A stretch of 62,734 nt of DNA, filler included, from Asterionella formosa (GCA_002256025.1; 4 parts of 4 records of this genome joined end to end with filler, not necessarily neighbours in it); one strand, 5' to 3'. Positions 44,467 through 57,010 are shown, numbered from the whole stretch's first letter. A program made the numbers and translations. Notes: generated from the letters alone by a model not told the origin.

Positions 44467-46572
44467 ATGTACGTTCACGCCTTACATCAACAGCAACAAC
44501 AAGCTCTTAGGCAAAACTATCAACAAGCTGTGACGTCTCAAGACTCTTCAAGCAACCATAATCAAGAACGAGCCCAACAGCCGCCCCATTTAGCCCCACT
44601 GACTCAGGCGATGGGGTCTCAGGGAATGTCTCCCCAGCAAGTGCAACTTATGCAAGCACAAAATCAACACCAGCAGCCTCCTATGCAGCAACAAGCTATG
44701 TTTCAACAACAGCAGGCCATGCAGCAGCTGCCATATGGAATGATCTTGGTGCAAGCGTCACCAGGATACCAGAGCGGCATGTCGGGAGTATCTGGCGGCA
44801 TGCATCAGCAATTCATTTTGCAAGCACAGCTGCAGAACCAGCAACAATTACAGCAGAATGGACAGCAGCAATACCATAACTCTGGGCATCAGCCAGAGGA
44901 CATCCAACTGAAGACAGTCACAAGCTCGGGCATGCTCCTTCCCCTCGTTTCTCATCAGCTCAATCCTTCGCTGGCAACTCAAATGATGCAGGTACATAAG
45001 CCAGACGAAGTTCAAGGCCATGTTCAGCAGTGTGCTACAGTCATCCAACAAGCTTTGAATGATCCCCATCTTGCCTCTGCTGGACACTTGCTCCTGCAAG
45101 CGATGAATGCTTCCTCAACTTTCATGAGCTCGTTGATGGAGCAGCAAAAGTCCAATGACCCTCAAAAAGTTCAATACGTATCAGCGCCTTGTGGGAACGA
45201 AAGTTCTTCCTCAAACGTCTACACTGGAAAGGCACAGCTTTGCTTCTTTTCCACGGCAGAGCCAAGAGAAGGTCTTCCTGGTTCTATAGGCCTAGGAATC
45301 AGCAAGGACACCGCGCCATTGACAGAGTCTTCTGATCCTTTTACTCCTTATGAGAATATTGGTGCGACGTTCAATGCTCAACCAGATTTCTCGACATCGT
45401 CGCAGTCACACATTGTAGATGAATTGAAACATTATTCAGCAATTGGGTCATCGAATGTAACATCATTTTCGATGGCGACTCCAGTGCATTCATCTCAAGC
45501 GACGACTGAAACCAGCTCGGACTCATACTCGCCTGCACCGATTGCTGAACAGACACAGCAATTCCATGCACAGATCGCTGAACAGTCACAGCAACACCAA
45601 ACACCGATTGCAGAACAGTTACAGCAATTCCATGCACCAAATACTGAGGAGCCACAACAATGCCAGGCGCTGATTGCTGAGCAGTCCGAGCATTGTCAAG
45701 CACCAATTGCCGAACAACCACAAAAATGCCACACGAAAGCTGCTACCACAGCTGATTCAAAGGCTGTGCCTCACAAAGCGTCTTGCGGGCAGTCGGGGAA
45801 AGCACACCGCATTAAGCCGCAGGTTTCCATGTCATTTCAAGGAACTCCTCAACAATACTTTATGGCTATAGTTACGGAGCGAGGATATGCCTGCCAACGT
45901 CTCAGCAGCAGTGAAGCTGCTTATCAAAATGAACCAACTCCCTTTCAGGTGGCTTCATTTGGAACCCAAGTTGTCAAGGCCGTTCATAGTGGGGACACAG
46001 AATCTCTAAAGGCCTTCTTGGATAGTGGACTCTCGCCCAATCTTTCCAATTCTTTCGGAGACTCGATTCTTTTGTTAGTGTGCAAACGGGCTGATGAGCC
46101 TGTGTTTAAAGTTTTAGTTGATCACGATTGTGACCTTCAAGTCTCTGATACCTTTGGTCGAACTCCATTGCACCATCTTGCGTGGTCTGGTAAATTTTCG
46201 AAGCAAATGATCCAGTCCATTCTGGATCGAGACCTACTTCAGCTTTTAGTGCAAGACAAACAGGGAAAATGTGCTTTGGAATATGTCCGGAAAGAACACT
46301 TTACAAAGTGGATTAATTTTCTGAAGGAAAGCATTGATACATATTGGCCCATTGACAAGTCCATGTCCCCTCTCCTAACTGCAACCCTTCCTAAAGAACG
46401 CGGGTCAGTGACAGCCCGCGTCGAATCTTTGTCGGTTGCTTTAGCTGCGAAAGTGGCGATGGGGAGAATATCGCTAGAGGAAGTCGCGAAGATGGATGCG
46501 TCTGCACGGAAAGCCTTCAGCGATTCTCCTAAACCGCAGCAATTCACTTTGTTTGGAGCTAGATTGTCATGA
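44467..46572 (+). CDS. Gln-rich protein with 11-aa repeats and C-terminal ankyrin repeats (5' end uncertain)
   Basis: SGLSPNLSNSFGDSILLLVCKR, DTFGRTPLHHLAW and DKQGKCALEY; six 33-bp repeats (APIAEQ.QQ.H) at 45535-45732. Confidence 0.82.
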   Translation: MYVHALHQQQQQALRQNYQQAVTSQDSSSNHNQERAQQPPHLAPLTQAMGSQGMSPQQVQLMQAQNQHQQPPMQQQAMFQQQQAMQQLPYGMILVQASPGYQSGMSGVSGGMHQQFILQAQLQNQQQLQQNGQQQYHNSGHQPEDIQLKTVTSSGMLLPLVSHQLNPSLATQMMQVHKPDEVQGHVQQCATVIQQALNDPHLASAGHLLLQAMNASSTFMSSLMEQQKSNDPQKVQYVSAPCGNESSSSNVYTGKAQLCFFSTAEPREGLPGSIGLGISKDTAPLTESSDPFTPYENIGATFNAQPDFSTSSQSHIVDELKHYSAIGSSNVTSFSMATPVHSSQATTETSSDSYSPAPIAEQTQQFHAQIAEQSQQHQTPIAEQLQQFHAPNTEEPQQCQALIAEQSEHCQAPIAEQPQKCHTKAATTADSKAVPHKASCGQSGKAHRIKPQVSMSFQGTPQQYFMAIVTERGYACQRLSSSEAAYQNEPTPFQVASFGTQVVKAVHSGDTESLKAFLDSGLSPNLSNSFGDSILLLVCKRADEPVFKVLVDHDCDLQVSDTFGRTPLHHLAWSGKFSKQMIQSILDRDLLQLLVQDKQGKCALEYVRKEHFTKWINFLKESIDTYWPIDKSMSPLLTATLPKERGSVTARVESLSVALAAKVAMGRISLEEVAKMDASARKAFSDSPKPQQFTLFGARLS

Positions 46573-46759
46573 TAGACTAAATGTGTTCCACCTACAATTG
46601 TATTTTATAAATAGCAAAGTGATCATAAAATCTAGGGGAAACAATTAAAGACTTATCGCTCGTATCCTTGGTCTAAAGAATAGAAACAAAAAACTATCAA
46701 CAACAAAACTTACTTAGATCACAGGAAATAGTACATGTGTGTTCATCTTTTTCTACTAA

Positions 46760-48245
46760 TTAAAGATAGGGATTCAGCTTGCTCCTTTTGCTTGTTCCAG
46801 GTGACGGAATTCCTAGTCTCTTGCCGGCCATTGGAGGTGGAGGCATATCCTTCGATTTTCTCCCTGTCGACGTTGGCGGTCTAGCTAGAAGGTCGAATTC
46901 AAACTCCAAATCACTGAATTCTTCATATTGAGGTGGATGAGTCTGCTTGTAAGCAGATGGCAACGCCCCAAGACCAAAGAGATTGCTAGACTGAAGACCT
47001 TCAGTAGGGGTTGGTGGTGGGGGCGCTCCGTCCTGCCGTTGATTTGATGGTGTAATCATTGGCACAGTGGACTGGTTGGAGTTCTGATGCGGAGTCTTGA
47101 TGATTGCTTTCACGCTGCTGTATGAATTCATGGGCGCTTTAGAAAGCAGTCCGGATTGTTGAACAGCTTCCGTGGTGGTTCCATAGATATTTGGAGTTTC
47201 CTGTTTCAGATTCGAGGGAACTTGATGATTTTGTTGCGGGTGATCACTGTGGAATTCGAGAATACCGAATTCCTGATTTCCATCATAAGAAACCCGATTT
47301 TTTTCACGTTGTTCATGTTTGTTTGCGTTTTTCTGCTTTTGCATGGCGTTGGCAGACGAGGTTACATTCCCTGGTGGCAGGATCATAGCATCTGATTCAT
47401 CCCCTAGTTGATTGTGAAGGGGCCCGAATTTGGACTTCGCTCGTTCCAATTCGTAGATCTCAAGGGCTTGTTGGAGAGTACCTGGGGCCTTGCTAATATT
47501 GAAACCACTACCGTAAAGCGCTGAGAAAATTCATGAAAGACAGTTAGAGCAGTAAGACAAGGAGAATTTTTGGTGCAGAATTTCCGGCAGGCCATCGATT
47601 GCGACTTACAATTTCCTAGCTTGTCGCCGAAGTGCCTAGCTGCTCGTTTCATAGCATCTGTCACACTTGCTTTCATTGCATGTGCAACTGCAGTACCCAT
47701 TGATCTATCAACGGAATCGCCAGCTCCACAATCTTCTTTGTACGCCCCTGACTTCCGATGGGTCAAACGAACTCTCGAAGTGTAGGCGACGTGAAAGCGA
47801 TCCTTGTCATCCTTGACACATTCCTACTTTTTCAATAAATAATACGCTGAATTAGAAACTTGAAGGAGCGAAGTAGTTCATCACATAGGACCGACATGTT
47901 TGCAGTCTACTGTACCTCTCGCTTCGTCTCTTTGATATCTAAATTCCATCCATCATAACCAAAGATCTCATTGAGGGTCCGAGTCACACCTTCTCCTGAC
48001 AAGTACGTAAGCTTTTTGCCACCCGGTCCAGGTCGACTACAAAGCTCTGGTTTTAATGGTTTAGTGGCAAGGATTTGGTTCACACTGACAGGCCTTCCAT
48101 TATGATCTAGCAATGGCGTTCCATCCATATTTCGAACCCATTCAACTGGAGTTGGATGAGGCTGCATGCCAGGAGGAGAGTAGGTTGACAGGATGTGAGC
48201 TTCATGGTGCGTTGGAGGCATGCCTTCGTTGCTATTTGGACTCAT
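46760..48245 (-). CDS. RAD52: DNA repair protein Rad52/Rad22 family; 3 exons (introns 47824-47915 and 47521-47609)
   Basis: RPGPGGKKLTYL...LNEIFGYDGW, YKEDCGAG and KASVTDAMKRAARHFG.KLGN(S)LY; both GT-AG introns are phase-consistent. Confidence 0.93.
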
Positions 48246-48634
48246 TTTGCCCTCATGGTCGTTGGAATGTTCTTTGTCATCATGTCAAAACGGCAAGGCG
48301 ATGCATGGGACAGGCGATGGGGCACGACGATTTCATACTACTGGCCTGCTATAGTGTATCAAATTTGAATTTAGTACGAACACCAAGGAGGCTTTTTCCT
48401 TGTGGCTGATCATGACGATGAATGATACTGGGTATTGCTACTTGTACATCCGGGTATTGTCTCGATTCTGTGGCGGAACAGCGGTTACGACACACATACC
48501 GGTAGTGATGTAGACCCGGAAATTGAAAATGGAAAACATCAAAACTTGATGCCGGCAGAAAAACCGGTAAGCCCCAACATAGCTCTACAACTATGACTCG
48601 TGGTCATAATGGTGATTATGCTGGGAACAGTAGA

Positions 48635-48790
48635 CTACCGGTACCAGGTACCTGGTACTCATACCATGTAGTTAGCAGTCCACTACCAGTATCAGTACCT
48701 GGTACCTGGTACCTGGTACCAGGGTGCCAGTTCGAGGTACTTGCCAGGTACAGTACCAGTTAGATCCTTACTACTGGTATCCTCCTGGTA
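48635..48790. repeat. (GGTACCW)n array upstream of RAD52
   Basis: ggtaccaggtacctggtac ... gtacctggtacctggtacctggtaccagg. Confidence 0.82.
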
Positions 48791-51219
48791 GTGTGCTAAA
48801 TGAATCAAATTGAATCATGCATCATTCCCCAAGAAAGCATTGCGAAGTCAGGAAGGCAGTACATCACATTGTTCTCTTTGCTTGTTTCCTTGAAGAGACT
48901 TTCCTGATGGAGATGGAGTTGAGTGACATGTGTCACAATAGCAGACGAGGAGAGTACCAGGAGTATATTGAGGATGATACTGCTCTGCATCATTAGAATT
49001 TCAAACACCAAACAATAATAATACTGGTGACAATGAAACTATTAGTGATGATGAATAAGTTAAAATGAATAAAGTTAATCTAAGACTAGTACTACACATA
49101 CTACACATTATTCTAAAACCTAAAATGGATACCTGTTAGTAGCACTTCTACTATGCAAATAGCCAGGGCATGTAAGCAAACCAGGCAATTTGATTCTGAC
49201 TGACTTTACTGGCTGGCACAAGAATTGTATAGTATAACAATCATTTGGAAGATTAGTTTTCTTTCACCATTCTCTTCATAACGAAATTTATTTTTCATCT
49301 TGGGAAACAACCCCTAAAGACACCTTGTTCCCATTCAGCCAGACAACTAACTAACTGAATTGACTTGACAATTTCAGTCAAATCTTTGATGAGGAGGGTT
49401 ACCATTCATGATGAAAGCATTGTTTTGGTGTGATTTGATCATTGCATGAGACTTCCTTGATGTAGATGCAGAGTCTAGAACAACTTCCTTACCCGTTACA
49501 CTGTAAACAGATTCAATTTAGCCAAATATTGATGACCAAATGGCCATTGTTGACAAGTCATGGATAACACCAGGTTTGCTCATCAAAATAAGAACAAAGA
49601 ATTTTCCATCAGGAGAAAAAGGAACAAGTTTGTCACATAGTGTTCATGAGTCCACCCATTGTAGAAATTGTTTTGCTGTGTTTCATTTCCAGCTTGTTGC
49701 AGGGTAAGCTTCAGACCATCCATCGCTCCCCAACAATTTATTTATGAAAGGGTACTTCACTGATTAAGTATTGATGCAAATAAAGTTGTTTCGACTGCAG
49801 TAGGTCGATGAACAATGGCATCTTCATTAGTCAGAAGCACTTTGACAATCATCCGCCTTGAAAACCTTAACCAAATGCTCAAGCAACCTTGAGTTAAGCC
49901 GAAAATGATCTGACAACAAATCATTTAGGATCCAGAAGTTCTAATTCATGCCAGCCAAAGTGCCAGACAACTGATGGAACACAGGAGTCTGGGATGACTG
50001 GATTTTTCTGTTATATTTCTGACAATGAATTCCGTTTTCCAAGAGGGAGAAAAAGAATAAAAAAGACTTCAATAGCTGGTGTAGGATCTTGATGGAGGCA
50101 AGGTTGAACCCACACAATTTGATGAGAGCATAATCATGCTTGCTGTTTAAAAAAGTACAGAATAGACTTGATAAATAGGTTAAATGAGGTTGCAAACTGT
50201 CAACATCAGTCAAGGAGCAAGCAATAGATCCACCGAAAACAACAGCAAATCAACCAGCCGTGACGACTACAGGAAAGGATCAAGCATGCATATACCCATG
50301 AGAGAAAGTCAGAAATTACTTCAAATAAAGTTATGAAAATGGCTGACAACTCAACAACCACAGTGAAAACAGATGCAATTCTGTCATTCATAAAAATTCA
50401 GGAAAAAGACCCCAGAATACTCCTGCAACCAGCAAAGACTCACAGGCGGGCTTGAAGATGCTACATGGCAAAATCAAGATCAGATCGAAGAGGTAAAATT
50501 CTGTTTTATAGCTCATTCATACTTACCTTTTGCGAAAGGTGACCGTCTTAGCCACAGCGATATGGGAAGCTCCGACCTCCTAGGAAATCGACAAAAGATG
50601 CTTGTAAGGGGGCAAACCCACTATTTCTCGCACACCAGGCAAGGTTGTGCAGAAGAGTAAGGTGTGTGGGAGGCGAATCCAACAAATTGCTTCTCAAAAC
50701 TCAAAAAAGATTGCGGATTTCGAACCAAACAACTTAGATCAAAGGCAACGTGCTCAACCAACTATGGTAAGCCATTTCCTAATTCACCAATATCTACTGT
50801 GAATTGCTTCAACGATTTTTGTACCATTAGGATATTTCCGATGAAGTCAAACACTGATTGAATAGATTTACATGCTATAATTTTCATCGAACTGGAAAAT
50901 TTTGTCTAATGACATATTCCAGATACCATCACCTGGAATCGCTGTATTCCTGACTTAAGGCATGATGAAACATGGATTTCCAAATCCAATGACAACAACA
51001 TACATATTCCCAAAAATTTGGAATGAAATATGCAACTCATGCATGGATAACAAGTGCAAGCCAGGGCACTGCTCATCGTCCCTCCAATGCATCATAAAAA
51101 TCTTCTTATGTCAGATTTGGCAACCACCGTTGGGGAATTTGGGGGAATTTGAAATGTTGAAAGCAATGAATAGCTTTTCACCAATATAGCTATATGAATT
51201 GCTTTAATGACCACACAAT

Positions 51220-51283
51220 GGGAATGGCTTACTAGTCATTAGCACACCTCATGAGGTGGTAGGTTCGATAGCTGCATTCTCCA
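51220..51283 (+). repeat. Degenerate tRNA-derived element (pseudo-tRNA or SINE head)
   Basis: gggaatg...cattctcca acceptor-like ends, GGTTCGAT B-box, cacct/aggtg stem; related to 60125-60189. Confidence 0.45.
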
Positions 51284-51739
51284 CAGGAACTCCTTGTCCA
51301 TTTCCTTTTACCTGTGTAATGTTTGCTGCTTGATTGAAGACCTCATTGTGATAGAAATTGAATGATGCATTTTCACGAGGAAGGCATTGAGACCTTACAC
51401 AACTCTATCTATGAGGTAGAAGTTTTCTGCTTTTCTCAACAAGATTTAACCAAGGAAAGAGGCTCGCTTAGAATTTGATTGACATGAAATAAATATCTAC
51501 AAGGGATGGTGACATTTATGTTTTTTGTGGTTCACCACTGCATGCTATCCATATTCCAAAGTGGATGCCAGAATCTGTCAAATTGTCTATATTATCCTCA
51601 GTGCTGCCCTATAGCTATGTTTGGCGCAAAAGAAAATGCCAGCTCATCATCCAAGGGTAAACTTGATTAGAAACGGAAACGAAACCATTACCATGTACCC
51701 AAATAAAATGTCCTAAGTTGTTTATAGATATTTTGTTGA

Positions 51740-52199
51740 TTAGTAGTCTCCACCACCACCACCTCCTTCGTCTCCTCCAAACATATCCATACCACCTCCA
51801 AGATCCATCTCTTCTTCTTCTTCCTTCTCTTCTTCCTTTGCTGCTGCAGCAGGAGCGTCACCTGCGGCACCACCGCCACCGCCACTAGAATAAGTATACA
51901 AAAGGAGGAACATGAGGGCCTGGACGAGAAATTTACATAGCAATTACATCATCAACGTACCCTCCACCTCCACCACCTGATCCTGGTCCGGCACAAAGTT
52001 TCTTTAAATCACCATTGGCCATCACTTGAGCGAACAAGGACGCATAAGCCCCACTCAATGAACATCCCGCAGCAGTAGCAATGGCTTCCAATTTGTCAGC
52101 TTCCACTCCACCTTCACTGGAAGCAGCCAGAATTGATGCCAAGGAAGCAATCAATTCTTGTTTTTGAGTGTCTGACAAGGAAGATAGAGATGTAAACAT
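51740..52199 (-). CDS. RPLP1: 60S acidic ribosomal protein P1; 2 exons (intron 51885-51960)
   Basis: ELIASLASIL...VEADKLEAIATAAG...YASLFA, Gly/Ala hinge, acidic tail KEEEKEEEEEMD. Confidence 0.88.
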
Positions 52200-52937
52200 G
52201 ATGATAAATAACTGAGGAGATAAGACGAAGCGAATTGTGAGTTATGAATCGAAAATAGCCTAGAGGCGAAAGTCAGATCCTCGATGATTGGTATATCCTG
52301 ACATCGAAGACAGCGTCTTGCATATAGACCAAAGAAATTCAGGAAAGGATGGAACAAGGAGCGCTTATTGTTGTTGACGGCAAAAAGTTATTTGGGCTTG
52401 AGTTGATTCATACATTTCCATTTGCTAGTCCGTCTATTTCTACCATTCACTTTCTCGATTTCTCTGCAATTAATACGATAATTTCTTCGATGGTTCACCC
52501 GAGCTACCAGACAAGGAAAAGACCGCCATGGTCACCGCACCTTTATTTCGTTGATGTAACTATACTGCGATGTGTTGCTTGCTTTCTCAGTAACAGGTAA
52601 AAGGGTTAGTATTCGAGCTAGTCAAAACTATCGAAGTTGTCGTCTGGTCGCCGTACAAGTAGGCTCTAGGGAGGCACCATTGGTTTTACCGTTGCTCAGT
52701 CATAGCAGAAGATTACTAATCCTTCGCTCGTCAATGATGGCTGAGGCCATCACCTTCCGGTACCAGGTAGTGGTGTCGACAGAAAAATAGATTACGCACC
52801 CGGTGGGTACTTGATAAAAAGAAACTTGTCCTGCCTCGCTCACGTTAACTACAAGCATCGATGCGACTGGATCTCCTAAGCTTACCGGTATTCTAGACAA
52901 TAGTTGCCGCTGCTGAGATTTTGACTGTGAGCAAACG

Positions 52938-55442
52938 ATGAGTGGAAGGATCTCTTCCTTTCTTTGTGTATTGTTGATTTCAATCATGTTGTCTCGAAGA
53001 ATTGCTGGTTTCGTAATTTCGCGAAGCCCATCGTCAGCGCTTGCTCTGCACGTCCGCAAAAACGTGCTCCGGCCGCCTACTGGAGGGCTGCTGCGATTGA
53101 GATCCACGGCTCCATGGCTAGCGGATACTCCTGCGCCTTCAAACAACCCCATCGTCGTGGACGACTCGGCCGTGGCTAGATCAAGAGCCCCCTTTCGCAT
53201 GCCTCGGAATTCCTTTGACGATTCCGTCTCGACAGGGCCGGGAGGGGTCTTGTCGTGGACTCAGCTCGGTCTATTCACAGAACTGGTAGATTCTGTACAC
53301 GGGGAGCAAAAGTTAGAATCACCCACACCGGTTCAGAATATGGTCATTCCAGAATTGCTCAAGGAACCTCACGCCCATTTAGCTTTTCTGGCAGCCACGG
53401 GATCGGGCAAAACCCTCGGGTATGCCCTTCCGCTGTTACAAATCATTAAATCCGAAGAGCTATTTGAAAACTTTGAACGCAGACCGAAACGGCCTCGGGT
53501 ACTCATTTTGGCACCAACTCGAGAATTGGTTATCCAAATTTCAGCTGTCATTAAACAGTTATGCCACAAGATTAAGTTGAGTAGTGTTGGTGTCGTGGGT
53601 GGCGAAGATTACAGTGCACAACGTAAGGCATTGGAAAAGTATGTTGATGTCGTCGTTGCGACACCAGGTAGACTGGTCAAACATTGGAAAGAGGGACATG
53701 TCTATCTTGGTGGTGTCAAACATGTTGTGTTGGATGAAATGGACACGATGCTCGAACAGGGGTTTCAACAAGATTTAGGAACCTTGCTCCATCCCCTGTT
53801 GTACAAGAACATTAATCCCACAGCCAATCAAAAAACAGTACCCGACGCTCCCCGCATCATTTTAACATCTGCTACCATGACCAAGGCTGTTCAAAAGTTA
53901 GTCAGTGACAATGCCAAAGAACAAGATTCGACTGTCACCGCCAGGCGTCATTTTGTCAAGATTGAAGACGATAAGGACAATAAGGATCCAAAAATCATTT
54001 TACCACTAATGCGAGTCATGAAAGCACCTGGATTGCATCGAACTGTACCTCGACTACGTCAAGTATTTGTCGATGTTGGGTCCATCGACAAACTCTCACT
54101 GCTGGTCGATGTTGTACATAATCAGGGTGGTCGAGGAGCAGCCGTCAAAACAACCGATTCGGATGGAAAAGCCTTGACGATTGTATTTTGCAACACTGTT
54201 CAATCTGCACAAGCGGCACAGCATGCCTTGGCCGAAGCTGGATTGCCCAGTTTGGCGTACCACGGTGATTTGAATTCGTTGGCCAGGTCTGAGAATTTAG
54301 ATCGATTCCGAAAGGCAGGAGATGGGTCTCCGGATGAATCGCATATTTTGGTCTGTACTGATTTGGCAGCTCGTGGATTGGACATTCCAGAAGTAGACCA
54401 TGTTGTCATGTTTGATTTCCCTCTCAATCCATTAGATTATTTGCATCGGTCAGGCCGGACAGCTCGTGGAGTATCCGGAGACCGACTTGGCAATGGTCGT
54501 GTCACGGCTCTCGTTACCAAGCGAGACCGAGTCTTGGCAACTGCCATTGAAAATGCAGTTCAACGAGGAGAGCCACTAGATGGATTGTCAAGTCGCAAGA
54601 GCGACTATTTGCCTGGAGCTAGACTCAATGAACTAGCGGGAGCGCCAGCGAGAAGCGGAGGGCGCAGTTCTGGGAGAGGACAGCGAGGGACTTTTGGGCA
54701 ATCGGCTTCGGGTCGTGGATCTTTTGCCAAAGGTAATTTCAAGCGAGAGAAACCGGTTGACACTTCTAGTCGTAAGAGCAATCCAGGGGACCGTATGAGT
54801 CGAAGTGGGCCGTCAGGAAGAAGAGGCAGTGGTCGTGCTTCTACCGTAAGTGAAGTCAAGCGGGAAAGGTCATGGGGTACAAAAGCGGCTTCACGAGAAA
54901 AGCCAGTCGACACTTCTAGTCGTAAGAGCAATCCAGGGGAACGTATGAGTCGAAGTGGGCCGTCAGGAAGAGGCGGCAGTGGTCGTGCATCCTCGACTAC
55001 CGGTATAAGTGAAGTCAAGCGGGAAAGGTCATGGGGTACGAAAGCGGCTTCACGAGAGACGCAAGTCGACACTTCTGGTCGTAAGAGCAATCCAGGGGAC
55101 CGTATGAGTCGAAGTGGACCGTCGGAAAGAAGCGGCAGTGGGCGTGGATCCTCTTCCGAAAGTGGCGTCAAGCGAGAAAGGTCATGGGGTATGCAAGCGG
55201 CTTCACGAGAAAAGCCAGTCGAAACTAGCAGTCGGAATGGTAATACAGGGGCAAGAATGAGTCGAAGTGAGGCGCCAGGAAGAGGTGATGGTGGACGTGG
55301 AGGTCCAGGCGCTGGACGAAGTGAAGGTCGTGGTGGACGTGGACGTGGTCGTGGAGGTCCAAGCGCTGGACGTAGTGAAGGTCGTGGTGGCGGTGGTCGA
55401 GGAGGCGGACGAGGTGGACGAGGCAATGAAAGACGGTCGTAG
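52938..55442 (+). CDS. DEAD-box RNA helicase (DEMD variant), probably plastid-targeted, with basic repeat and RGG tail
   Basis: Q motif PTPVQ, ATGSGKT, PTREL, TPGR, DEMD, SAT, ARGLD, HRSGRTAR. N-terminal signal peptide + AG|F + Ser/Arg-rich transit-like segment. Confidence 0.92.
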   Translation: MSGRISSFLCVLLISIMLSRRIAGFVISRSPSSALALHVRKNVLRPPTGGLLRLRSTAPWLADTPAPSNNPIVVDDSAVARSRAPFRMPRNSFDDSVSTGPGGVLSWTQLGLFTELVDSVHGEQKLESPTPVQNMVIPELLKEPHAHLAFLAATGSGKTLGYALPLLQIIKSEELFENFERRPKRPRVLILAPTRELVIQISAVIKQLCHKIKLSSVGVVGGEDYSAQRKALEKYVDVVVATPGRLVKHWKEGHVYLGGVKHVVLDEMDTMLEQGFQQDLGTLLHPLLYKNINPTANQKTVPDAPRIILTSATMTKAVQKLVSDNAKEQDSTVTARRHFVKIEDDKDNKDPKIILPLMRVMKAPGLHRTVPRLRQVFVDVGSIDKLSLLVDVVHNQGGRGAAVKTTDSDGKALTIVFCNTVQSAQAAQHALAEAGLPSLAYHGDLNSLARSENLDRFRKAGDGSPDESHILVCTDLAARGLDIPEVDHVVMFDFPLNPLDYLHRSGRTARGVSGDRLGNGRVTALVTKRDRVLATAIENAVQRGEPLDGLSSRKSDYLPGARLNELAGAPARSGGRSSGRGQRGTFGQSASGRGSFAKGNFKREKPVDTSSRKSNPGDRMSRSGPSGRRGSGRASTVSEVKRERSWGTKAASREKPVDTSSRKSNPGERMSRSGPSGRGGSGRASSTTGISEVKRERSWGTKAASRETQVDTSGRKSNPGDRMSRSGPSERSGSGRGSSSESGVKRERSWGMQAASREKPVETSSRNGNTGARMSRSEAPGRGDGGRGGPGAGRSEGRGGRGRGRGGPSAGRSEGRGGGGRGGGRGGRGNERRS
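54741..55280 (+). repeat. ~150-160-bp intragenic tandem repeat, ~3.5 copies
   Basis: Unit REKPVDTSSRKSNPGDRMSRSGPSGR.GSGR...EVKRERSWG.KAAS. Confidence 0.9.
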
Positions 55443-55632
55443 GTCCACTCCACATGTGGTAATTCCTTGGCCTTAATGTGCTTTCATAGTACCGCGTGTG
55501 GTTTTGTAGAACACAAGGCATTAGTCTTATCACTGAAGGTTGCCCCTAAGTATAACTCAAATAAACAACGTGTTGTGCACGTGTGTTGCATAATTATCGA
55601 CATGTTAAAGTGTTGTTCGTTGAACGACTTGT

Positions 55633-56570
55633 CTAGCGGTATGCAGCGTACATGTCATCAAAGGATTGTCCTTTCTTGGTTTGCTTGTACAATCCCTGTA
55701 GTGCTTCAGCTTTCTTGTTATCGGTAATTCCGCCGGCTTTCTTTTTCGCGTACTGCTCTTTCTCTGCCTGCTGGACTTGCAAAGCCATTTGCTGAGCATA
55801 TTCCTGAAAGCCGACATACCCATCGCCATCGTGATCAAAGTCCTCAAATTTCGGATAGTCCTTCTCTGCAAGGCCAGGATAGTTGCTCAAATAGTTCTTA
55901 ACGTACATGTTGAACTCTGCCCTCGAGATTCTGTCGTCCCCATCAATATCTGGCTGTTTGAACTCTTCATAGTCCCGCTGCAAGGCATCGAGTTCGGCCT
56001 TTTGTTCCGTTTCTGCCAACGCCACCTTATATTGCTCCACTAAATAGGTAAGTTCATTGTTTTGTTCTGTAAGTTTGTAGACATCGTTGTAGTACTGCGT
56101 GTACAGTGCCTTTTGCTCCTTTTGAAACTTGGATTTAAGTTTCTTGCCCGAACGTCCTGAATGGATCTTTCCACCCAAAAACCAAGCCACTGCTGAACAA
56201 ACCATAACCTTTCCCATGCCCCCACCACTGAATAATTTAGTTCAACGAATGAAACGAAATGAGAGAAGATTGATATGCAATGATGTGAGTTGTCGTATGC
56301 AAGCTTTAATTTGCATTTTGAACAATGTGAAAATAATAAAAATTTCATTTGGTTCCGCGTGGAGATGCGTCCGTGTACAAACTACGTAGTAACGACGTAC
56401 CCTTTCTCACCCTGTTTCTGAGCGTAATCATGATAAAGGGTGTCTTGGCTACCGTAAGAGTCTGCATAATCGGTGTAATCAGGATAATCTTGTACAGGAT
56501 AGTCTTGGGACATGACGGCGCTTACAATAAGCAGCAGTGCCAAGGCTTTTCGGCATTTTTGAACCATCAT
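55633..56570 (-). CDS. Signal peptide + Tyr/Asp-rich segment + hydrophobic helix + coiled coil + two EF-hands; 2 exons (intron 56228-56400)
   Basis: EF loops DIDGDDRISRAE and DHDGDGYVGFQE. Exon 1 MMVQKCRKALALLLIVSAVMSQDY... splices in frame. Confidence 0.87.
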
Positions 56571-56922
56571 TGTGTTGTTGATGTGTGTGTGTGTGTGAAC
56601 AAAACGTATGTTTTGTTGACTAATCGTGGTGTGATGGGGTTTTTTCTTGAATACTGAAACAGGTACCAGGAGTACCAGGTACCCGTTGTCGAAGTGATGG
56701 TGAGAGGGGCGAGCGATGTGATGTGTATCAGACCGGTGTACGGTACTGGTACATATGTGAGATGTTGAGGTCAAGGCGAGTACGAGCCACCTGGAACCCA
56801 TTCTTGGGCGACACTACCAATTGCTCATTGTCGATGGGGAGCTGCACACATCCTGCGACGTTGCTTTCAGACAGACAGACAGACAGACAATGAATAGAAT
56901 TACATTTTGGTATGTACCAGAG

Positions 56923-57010
56923 CAAGTTGCGGTAATTTTGCTGCGACTAAAGATTTAGCTATCTTTATCCCAGATTGAAATGTTAGTTTAAGCAAAATGA
57001 CCGCAACTTG
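56923..57010. mobile_element. 88-bp MITE (family A) with 5-bp TSD CAGAG
   Basis: Same TIRs as 575-661; flanks cagag | ... | cagag. Confidence 0.88.

Noticed and set aside
48800..51650. ~2.9-kb ORF-poor block, possibly a decayed gene or element
   Set aside because: No recognisable motif, terminus or internal copy; left unassigned apart from the tRNA-like relic.
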